Part shown: in pieces, positions 27,338 to 37,442 of the stretch
Numbering within the stretch: the stretch's first letter is position 1
Layout of the letters: the number at the start of each line of letters is the position of its first letter
Source: Chrysomallon squamiferum
Taxonomy: Eukaryota; Animalia; Mollusca
Length of the DNA: 64,000 bases
Reading direction: 5' to 3'
Assembly (NCBI GenBank): GCA_012295275.1
Contig: CM022671.1
Span: 8,370,001-8,434,000 of the forward strand
Translations under genes and position numbers: made by a program
Notes under the pieces: generated by a model
Told to the model about the DNA's origin: nothing
Databases searched by the model: none
What the model saw: the letters and a program-made list of their open reading frames with translations, nothing else

Positions 27338-27452
27338 CTCGTATTCCTCTGTGTTCAATTTACAAAACTCTAAAATATCCTTTTTTTTACTCTCAGCATG
27401 TCTAGACATTCTGGTGACTGCATCCTTAGCCAGAGTTACAGTAACTAATGCA
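27338..27452 (-). CDS. SMTN: Smoothelin-like mutually exclusive exon A (divergent CH helix A variant)
   Basis: cccacAG acceptor, GAG|GTACT donor; 115 nt, phase 2 to 0; ALVTVTLAKDAVTRMSRHAESKKKDILEFCKLNTEEYE. Confidence 0.82.
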
Positions 27453-27715
27453 CTGTGGGTAATAAAATGAATCAATGTCATGCAGAGATAAAATAAACTG
27501 ATAATTTTATTTCTCCGTTTTTTGTTATCACATTAAGTGAACTATAATGAAAATAGTGTGTGTTAATAGTGTGTTTGACTGTGTTGTTGTGACTGAAGTA
27601 TGTTCATAGTAATGTTAAAATATTTAAATTAATACTAAATTTAAAATAATAATAATAATAATAAAAGCAACAACAATGACAACAAAAACAATAAACTTAA
27701 GATGGAATAAATAAA

Positions 27716-27814
<99 letters not shown>

Positions 27815-28142
27815 TTAAAATAATTACTAATATAATTATAATAATAATATAAAACTATTACTAATATAAACAAGAAAAAAAAACAATAAAAATAAAATAA
27901 TATAAATAAATAAATATAAAATACAAAACGAGGACTAAAATTACTTTGTATAAAAAAAACCCTATATTAACAAGTGTCAAATTGTCTGAAAGAAGATTTC
28001 AAAATAAATAAATAAATATTTAAACAAATAAATAAATATAATAAATATATTAATGTACACATCATTATAATAATGTAAATAAATAATAAATAATAATAAA
28101 AACAACAATAAAAAAATAAAAAAATAAAATAAAATAAAATAA

Positions 28143-28189
<47 letters not shown>

Positions 28190-28313
28190 ACAAACAAACA
28201 ACTATAATTCATAGAATAATAACTTGTAAAAATAGTAATAATAATTTTATATCCCCTAACAGCCCATGTCATCAGTATGCTACATGTATGAAAATTATTT
28301 AGAAGAATCCTAC

Positions 28314-28398
28314 TTTGGTTTGCTGGGTCCACCTGGATTATTAGCACCATCCATCTGTTTAAAAGCAGCCATAGCTCCTTTAGGACCAGCAGGTTTTC
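28314..28398 (-). CDS. SMTN: Smoothelin-like constitutive exon preceding the exon cluster
   Basis: tttcAG ... AA|GTAGG; 85 nt, phase 1 to 2; (G)KPAGPKGAMAAFKQMDGANNPGGPSKP. Confidence 0.85.
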
Positions 28399-29109
28399 CT
28401 GAAATTAAAATTAATAGAATACTTTTGTAGTAAATAATAAAACTGGTATTATAAAATCTGAAATGAATTGCCCCTTTTTAAAACTACCAGGCTTTTCAAA
28501 AATTAAAATTAAAAAAATACGTTTGTAGTAAATAATAAAACTGATATTATAAAATGATTGAAAAATAGCTGCTGAAAGATAAACACTTCTGCAAAAATAT
28601 TATTCATAAAATAACAACAATAATAAAAAATTTCCAGTAAAATTAATGTGCTTTGATATTAGTGTACTGAATAACCGAAACAAGTTTAAAAAAATAAAAA
28701 AATGTATTTTATTTGAAAAGTTGTTGAATTTATAGCTATATTATATGTGGTATATTAATAAAATCAGTAAAAATTTCAAAATATAATATTTAAATAAAAA
28801 AGAAAAAAGTTTAAGTTATTAAGTGCAATAATAACAAAACATATAAATTTTATTTGAAATTACATATATTGCTATAAAATTAAATTAAATTTATAAAATC
28901 AAAGATTTAAAATAAAATTAGTTTGTGTTATTTAGTATGGTAATATCTAAAATAAATAAAATCTATTATCGATATTAAAAAAAATAATAATAATACTTAT
29001 GATGATAATTATGAAGTTAAAAAAAGATTTAAAAAAGAGGAAAGATAGAATTATTTGATTATGATTTGAAAGCAAAGCATTAAATTATAAATGAAAATTA
29101 ATTGCTTAT

Positions 29110-29144
<35 letters not shown>

Positions 29145-29373
29145 AAGAATTAATAGTAACAAAAATAGATATCGTCAGTTGTGCTAAAACTATATAAACA
29201 AAGCACAACATGCAGTTAACTAGTTTTAAAAACAAACAAAAACAAAAACAAAAATTCAGTCAAGGCAAAAACAAAAATCTTCTGCATTCTGAACACAATT
29301 TTCAAAGCTTCAGATTTACCAAAAAAATAAATCAGATAAAATTCTTTTTAGAATAAAATATAAAAAAACTTAA

Positions 29374-29410
<37 letters not shown>

Positions 29411-29634
29411 CCAACAAAAACAACAATAACAACATTAATAACAATTAAATTAAAGAAAGAAGAAAATAAAATTTTTGATTTAAAAAAAAAAAAGAAGAAA
29501 GAATGAAAGAAAGAAAGAAAAAGGAAAAAAAGTTCTCTTTGAACTTATTTTGCCCATTATGTGACCCCAGAATTTCTTAAAGGATTTAGAATATATATAT
29601 TTTGTTTTTTCCTTTGGCATATTAAAAGAATTAC

Positions 29635-29775
29635 CTCCCCAAGACTCAGTCTTCTGTGATTTTTGTACATATCCATTATGGCTGTTCCAAGACTCAGTCT
29701 GGACGTTTATTGTACCCGACGTACTGGGACCACTGGCATTAGTAAGCTTGTCAAGTATTTCTACAGCCGTGCTTT
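29635..29775 (-). CDS. SMTN: Smoothelin-like exon
   Basis: ttgttAG ... G|GTAAT; 141 nt, symmetric phase 1; (E)STAVEILDKLTNASGPSTSGTINVQTESWNSHNGYVQKSQKTESWG. Confidence 0.85.
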
Positions 29776-29835
29776 CTAACAAGGGCAATAAAAACCAAAC
29801 AAAAAACACATAAACACAAAATAAAATACATACAG

Positions 29836-29874
<39 letters not shown>

Positions 29875-29901
29875 AATATATACATAATTGTAAACTGGTA
29901 A

Positions 29902-29935
<34 letters not shown>

Positions 29936-30501
29936 AGAAAGAAAAGAAAAGAAAAGAAGAAATTAAAAAAGAAAATTGTTGTGCATGGTGAATAAAACTT
30001 AACATATAAGGGCACCTCAGCCTACTTTATAATTAACTGTCATGTTAGTTTCTGTCATAAGCTTTCTTGTATAGGACTTTTGATATCCACCTTCTGTTTG
30101 ACAGGAAAACAGATATCATTATCATTAATTTATAAAATAAATAAATTAATTAATTAATAAAATATATATATATTACTTTCTTCTATATTAATACACAATT
30201 TAAGCAAATGGAAATTAATTTCAGTATATGAGAAAAAAAAATACTGTTTAATTTTCTATACATACGTATTTTATTTTATTTTATTTTATTGTTCATTTTA
30301 TTTTCTATTTTTATAAATCCAACAAACAAATCAAATGTCAAAAGATAAAATATGTATGTTTATTTTAAAAGGTGAAATAAATCTGTGTTTATCAAGTACA
30401 ACACCTTACATTAATCATTAACAGTTTCACAACTGTGGGAAAATCGTTTTAGAAAACGAAAATTTTATTTAAAAAAAAAGGAATGTATGTGTATATATAT
30501 A

Positions 30502-30540
<39 letters not shown>

Positions 30541-31316
30541 CTGTCTGTCTGTATGTATATATGTATATATATCTGTCTAAAGCAATTACAGCATGCATTA
30601 AAATAAACATTATTAATGCAGTGAAAAATCCATGAATAAATATTAAAAGTAAACTGAACTGTCAAAGATGAAGTACACGTTTTTAACAAACTCATGCATT
30701 TGATTACAAAGAAATGAATTAACATCATTCAGTAAATATACAAATTAAAATAATTAAAGATACACTTTAGGCAAGCAGCTGTCAGGCATCATGCAGAATA
30801 CAGCCAAACAGTGAGAATATGATATATTAAGAAATGTGTTTGGTATTTGTTAACACTCTAGAATGGGTTATAGTGTTAAGTCTGTATCATGTACATTATG
30901 ATATGGAACATTCTGTTTTTGTTCATTTAAGACAATGATTCAGAGAAAGGAATACAAGTGTATTCTGAATTAAACCCTTCATCACCATTTATGAATAATG
31001 ATATGAATAATGATCTGAATGCTGATACAAGCATACAGTATCCAGGTATTCTACTGGACTGATAAAAATATGACACAATATATTGGAGATTATAACTTAT
31101 TATGAATAAATATATTATGACTATAGAAATGGTCACTGTTGTTGTAATTAAAGATAACCAAGAAACTGAGACAAATGCTCAAATGGTGGAACAGTAAATA
31201 TGTCAAAACAGAAAATAAAAAGTGTTAAGTAGACAGAGAGAGAGATAAATGGATGGACAGAATACAGACTAAAAATATAACTTGACAAACAGGCAGAGTC
31301 AGGTGACAGAATTTAC

Positions 31317-31406
31317 CTGCACCAGGTTTAGAGTACTGAACACCTCCGAAGCCAGGTGTCTGTGAAACTGTTTCTGTCTTCTTCACTGTTGTTGTTCTTG
31401 TTCCTC
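31317..31406 (-). CDS. SMTN: Smoothelin-like exon
   Basis: ctctcAG ... CAG|GTAAAT; 90 nt, symmetric phase 1; (G)GTRTTTVKKTETVSQTPGFGGVQYSKPGA. Confidence 0.87.
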
Positions 31407-31926
31407 CTGAGAGAACAGATTATGTTTGAAAAATGATTTTATTCCTTTTTCAAAAATAACAACTGACTTGATAGTTACATCAGTGTGTAATGAAAGAATG
31501 GTAAACAAAAAGAAAACATTTATTCATTTTATTCTTATGTACAAAATTCTAAATATTTAAAAATGTAGTTTTTTATTTGCATTTGATTTTCAAATTATTT
31601 CTTAAATGCCTTTATTTAAGATAAAAGGTATTCATCAGTTATCTGGTAAATGTTAAGTTTTTTACTTGTTTGTTTTTTTTAATTCAAAAAATGAAATCAG
31701 TATCTATTCAGTATATGTTCTGATCTGTTACATAAATATCCTGTTTTGAATTTTTCAGGTAAAATAAATCTGTTTTGACAATTCTCTGAAACATTTGAAA
31801 TCATATTACTTCTCCATGACACTCTGTTATTTATCAAACGATACTCAAAAGATTAAAATAAAAATCCCATATTTATATACACACATATTTTTTATTTATT
31901 TTTAAATAATGATCAACTCCTCATAC

Positions 31927-32247
31927 CTTGAGGTGTCTGTTCGATTCTTGTTGTGGTTGTCGTAGTTGTAGAAGCACCACTTGGATGTGTGCGTGTTTCT
32001 TTGTGAGTAGAGATGTCCTTGTATGCGTCAAGAGCTTTCTGTTTCTCTGCATCGGCCACTTTGTGCTTGTCCTGTATCGCCGCCTGCGACGTTGCCAGAA
32101 ACTGGTCCTGCCTGTCACACATCGGCTTCTCCTCCTTGTACCGCTGCAGCTTCTTCTTCTTCTTCTCCTCCTCGGCCTGTTCATGTCGCTTCTTGATCAG
32201 GTCCTCGGTTTCCTTCTCACGCTGCAGTCTCTTCTGTTCTCTCTCAA
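31927..32247 (-). CDS. SMTN: Smoothelin-like exon (charged coiled coil plus Thr-rich segment)
   Basis: gtgcAG ... AAG|GTATGA; 321 nt, symmetric phase 1; (I)EREQKRLQREKETEDLIKKRHEQAEEEKKKKLQRYKEEKPMCDRQDQF...GASTTTTTTTRIEQTPQ. Confidence 0.9.
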
Positions 32248-32645
32248 CTGCACACGAAAAACAGGTGATTCACAGTTGTGAATAAATTAATGTATTAAAG
32301 GGTGTATTTATTATTTTGTTGTTGTCTTAGTTGTAGCTGTTGGTGTTACAGTTATTATTTTGTAGTTGTTGTTGTAGTTATTATTATTATAACGATTATT
32401 ATTATTATTATTATTACATTATTATTATTATTATGACTATTTTTATTATTATTATTATTGTTGTTACATTATTATTATTATTATGACTATTTTTATTAAA
32501 ATTATTATTATTATTATTTTAAAAAAAGAAGACAATCAAGAATTCACTAGTTGCTTTTCTCAAACTTTTCATTCATTCTGTAATTTATTCTAAATCATTT
32601 ACAGTCAAATGTAAAATAAAAATAAGAATATAAACAGTTACTTAC

Positions 32646-32721
32646 TTCTCATTTGTTCCCTTAGTTCACGTAATCTTGCCCTGATTTTTTTCCTTTCATC
32701 AAAGTCATCAGTTTTATTCAT
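32646..32721 (-). CDS. SMTN: Smoothelin motif exon
   Basis: ctttcAG ... GTAAGT; 76 nt, phase 0 to 1; MNKTDDFDERKKIRARLRELREQMR matches the smoothelin-family E-R-K-x-I-R-A-x-x-R-E-L-R motif. Confidence 0.92.
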
Positions 32722-33982
32722 CTGAAAGAGAAGGAGAAAAAAATCATTTACTTCATCACTGATTTTAAATGAAAAGTATCAGTCTTTTACTCAGATTAAT
32801 GGAACCTAAATGAGTAAAATATAAATAAAATAATCAAATTCTGAAAGATAAAGATGAAGGTTTTCATTCACATGAATCTACCCAAAAATAAATAAGTAAA
32901 TAAATAATAATAATAATAATAGTAACATTATTTTAAAAACAAATTTAGATCCTCTATACTGAAAACTACAAAGCAAGTAAAAAAGTATCTAAAGCAAAAA
33001 CAGATGAAAAATAATTATAGTTAGCTAAAAATAGAATAAAACAAATCTTTCTGACAAATAAAATAAAACAAGTATTGTTGAAAACAAAAAACAAAACAAA
33101 AAAACAAAAAAACAATAAAAATGTTTAAAATATTTAAATTAAAAATTATTTTAAATAAAAAAAAAATTTAAAAACCCAAACCAATATTGTTAAAACTTAA
33201 AAATAATAAACGTTTAACAAAATGAACAAAAAAAACCCCAAAATAATGTTCAAAATTCAGTGAAATTAAATCCCAAAATCTATTAAATAAAACCAATAAC
33301 AAAATGAAAAAAGACAAAAAACCTTTTGTGTGTGTTTTTATAAAATGCTGAAACTAAATTACATATTATATTTACTGCCTGTTATCACAGAGAAAACTTT
33401 TATTCATTTATTTTTCATTTATCCATTCATCCTTAATTTTGTCCTTCCTTCATTCATTCATTCAACTTTGTGGAAAGGAAAGTTAGTCCTCCTAAATTAT
33501 TTATAACCACCAAATAAATAAAACAATTGTGATAAATTACTTCAGTTATCATCATTACCATATACATACATATACAGTCACATTTTTGCTTTTAATGTAT
33601 GTATCAGCATAATTCAAACTTAACTATTAATTACCCATTTTGAAAAAATAGAAAAAAAGAATCAAAGCAAAGAACTGTGGTAAAAAAATAACAATTTTTT
33701 TCTTTAAAATGAATGAAAGATTTATAATTGAGATTGCTATAATATATAAATAATACTAATAAAAATTACTTAATTGTTATTAAACATGACTTCAGTATAC
33801 AAAGAAGTTTATAACAAAAATAAATAATTAAAATATTTGTTATACTATAAGCATCAGTTAGTTTGGAATAGTAATAGAAATATATAAAAAACAGGAAAGA
33901 TTCAGACATACATATTTTTTACACAGAAATTTAGATTCAGGAAACCTTTCAAACACACAGACAGACAGTGGTATCAACTCAC

Positions 33983-34090
33983 CAATTTCATGAGTTCTTC
34001 CTCATCATTACAATCATCGTAGGATGGCATGGTTGCCTCCCCTGTCTTCCCAGAATCCAACTGGTTCTGTTTTAGGTAATAGGAATTTCT
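33983..34090 (-). CDS. SMTN: Smoothelin motif exon (N-terminal half)
   Basis: ttttgcAG ... TTG|GTGAGT; 108 nt, phase 0 to 0; RNSYYLKQNQLDSGKTGEATMPSYDDCNDEEELMKL. Contains an internal ACCATG. Confidence 0.88.
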
Positions 34091-34350
34091 CTGCAAAAGC
34101 AAACGTTAATGTTGTAATAGTTATTTAATCACAGGCTTGTGGATGTTGTACAGTTTTATAAGTTAACAGTCGTAATGTTATTTTACAGCTCGGTGCAGCA
34201 TTGTTTAGTAAACCATTGAAATAAATGCATGGAGGCAGTCATATGGAGAAATTTCAACTGAAAAAATAAATAAAAAACAAAAAGCTCATACCCAAACATT
34301 CTAGCTGTTTCTCAGTATTTGTCTATCATTCTCTCTCTCTCTCTCTCTAA

Positions 34351-34391
<41 letters not shown>

Positions 34392-34402
34392 CACACGCAC
34401 AA

Positions 34403-34436
<34 letters not shown>

Positions 34437-34487
34437 ACAGAGATATAGGAAGAAGTTTGATTAAAATCAACAACAACACTAATAATG

Positions 34488-34541
<54 letters not shown>

Positions 34542-35497
34542 TAATAATAATAATTGTAATGACAGATAATGATGATGATGATAGTTGTGAGATAGAGATG
34601 GTGATAATAACAACAACAACAACAGCAACAAGAAGAAAAATACTGTAATGAAGAATTATAGAAATAATACACACATTTCCTTTTTATTCAAGGCCATGTC
34701 TATGCACTGACTTATCTGTATTTGTGTAAGCACATGTCTGGAGGATGGGATTTCAAAGCATTTATTTAAAGAAAAAAGTGTGAGTGAGAATATCTATTTA
34801 GAGACACACGAATGTTTTGCAAGTCTGGTAAAAACATCTGTATGGAATGCCACACAAAACTAGCATTTATAAAAAATAATGTTGTATAAGAGCTTAGTTA
34901 GTAATACAAATAACGCTTGTGTTTTTTTAACAGAGCTTAGCTTCAAATACAAGTTATGTGTGTATGTATGTGTAAGTGCATGAATGTGTGTGTGTGTGTG
35001 TGTATGTATGTGTGTGAGTATGTGTTCATGTGTTAACAGAACTTATCTGCAGATTCAAGTTGTGTGTTTGTGTGTATGTGTGTGTGTCTGTGTGTTCAAT
35101 CTATTTAAAGAATTTAGCTTCAAACATGAGCTGCATATTCTAGCCCACAAGTGCAGGCTGACATTCACATACAATCAGCTAATTAATGCAACACTAACAT
35201 ACAGAGTAGATTATAAATGGCAAATTATTTACAAAGATAACAAATATGACAATGATAGTTGTACATGTACTGCATACAGGCTGTGAGAAAGTGAACACAG
35301 AAGATATATTACTGTTAATTGATAAGAGTAGGGTTGAAGGGTTTCCTTTTTCATATTATCATATAAAAAAAATCCTACATTTAACTGACAGTAAATAAGT
35401 GGGATAGTGTTGATATTAAACAGATTTTTATTCATAAAAATTTATATTATGAATGTCTGTAAGTATGTTAGAATGTATGTATATGAGCATGGTTGTT

Positions 35498-35549
35498 GTA
35501 TGTGTGTGTGTATATGTGTGTGTGTATATGTGTGTGTGTATATGTGTGT

Positions 35550-35622
<73 letters not shown>

Positions 35623-35642
35623 TGTGTGTGTGTGTGTGTATA
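35498..35642. repeat. (GT)n microsatellite
   Basis: Directly visible. Confidence 0.95.
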
Positions 35643-36253
35643 TATACATGGATATCTGTATCTACATATGTACCAAAAGGATCTTACAAAGAATTAACTG
35701 AACTGTCACACCACTTTACAATTATTCCTTAAAAACTGAAATAAACTTTTCTCTTTTTTTTTTTTTCTGCTTATTCCACAAATACACTGATATCACGTTA
35801 CTCAACACCCTAAGTAGAAAGACATGCATTATGAACTGAGAATAATAATTATGATATTTCAGCAGTGCAATAAATAATGATAATTTTACTGCAGTTATCT
35901 CTGTGTGTGTCAGAGAGGTAACTCTGAAGTGGGTGAGTGAATATAACTTTCAAGATCAGATGAGTTTGGTTATTAAGAAGAAAACTATCTGGCAAAAACA
36001 GGGAGCATGCATTAGAGTGTAACTTCTCTAATCTACAAATGGGTTGTGTAGAAAGAATTGATATTAAAAACTGTGTAGCACAAAAAATTTACTTTCTGTG
36101 TGACTAAATATCTTTATATATTTTAGTTTATGTATATCTGTATATATGGGATGAATCTGTGGTTTTTTTCAGATTGAATTCTTTACTGCTTGAAAAGGAA
36201 AGTTCATATCTCAGGGTTCTTTATCTGGAGGCTGTTCTCAATTTATTTTTATA

Positions 36254-36302
<49 letters not shown>

Positions 36303-37075
36303 TTAAAAACACCAATAAAATGTGAGTTAAAAAAACTATTATAAGAAATAACCCAGTTGATACCAGAAAGAAAATAAATCTTGTTCTTCAGAAAGCCTCA
36401 AACAGCCTCTGATAACTGCCAACACAAGAATAATGTTAAAGAATTCACACAGATTACCTGAATCAGGTGAGTTAATTCGAGGTGAAAAAAAAAAAAAAAA
36501 AAAAAAAAAAAAGATTATGAACAAATCTAAACATTTGTTGAGCACAGAATAATTTATGTTTTTAACTATAAGAAGCACAATCATAGAGAACGCTTTTGGT
36601 AAACAGAGAAAAATGTGTCTGAAATGATCATGTAAGAAATGATTTAACAGCTGAAAGAGCGCTGGCCTCTCAGATGTGGGGTGAAGATTATTACACAGCT
36701 GGTTAGAACGTACGCAGATATCTAAACACGAGGTATTTGATACCTGGTAGTTAGTTAACCGCGCACTTTTCACTGTGGGAAAATGTTAAAAGTTAATTAT
36801 GACCAGCATCGTGAAAAGTGGTTTGTTGTTGTTGTTACTGATGTTGTTCTTGTTGTTGTTGTTATTTTAATTTTTGTTATTTATCAGAAAAAAAAAAAAT
36901 TCTTAAATTAAATTTTTTTTTTTAAATTTGTTTTTATTCTGAATTAGCTCACCTGGTTCGTGTAATCTATGTGAACTAATAAAAAATTAATAATAATAAT
37001 AAAAAAAATTAAAAATAAATAAATAAATAAATAAATAAAATTAATTCTAAGTAACAGAATCACTACTTACACAGA

Positions 37076-37163
37076 AAACTGATAAACATACTTTTTCTTA
37101 CAGTATTAATATTACTGCATGCATATTTCTCAAATACCATCCACATGTACAGTTATCAACTTA

Positions 37164-37215
<52 letters not shown>

Positions 37216-37339
37216 AGACACACACAGACACACATACACACACACACACACACACAAACTGAAATACTTTTTCTTACAGTATTAATACTACTGCATACAT
37301 ATTTCTCAAATACCATCCACATGTACAGTTATCAACTTA

Positions 37340-37380
<41 letters not shown>

Positions 37381-37442
37381 GATAAACATACTTTTTCTTA
37401 CAGTATTAATACTACTGCATACATATTTCTCAAATACCATCC
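37076..37442. repeat. Tandem triplication (about 2.6 units) of a ~85-bp unique segment plus (CA)n
   Basis: atactttttcttacagtattaata(t/c)tactgcat(g/a)catatttctcaaataccatcc recurs near 37088, 37265 and 37388, separated by CA tracts of different length. Confidence 0.9.

Noticed and set aside
24706-27452. Exons A/B/C as an assembly duplication or separate gene copies
   Set aside because: They are strongly diverged in sequence and length with unrelated flanking introns, and the up- and downstream exons are single copy.
31921-32285. Alternative-frame and antisense ORFs over the coiled-coil exon
   Set aside because: Shadows of exon 31927-32247; only one frame fits the splice phases.
34312-35732. 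CVCVCV/HTHTHT ORFs (similar ones at 56052-56704 and 61276-61728)
   Set aside because: Translations of (GT)n/(CA)n/(TATG)n repeats with no splice or homology support.
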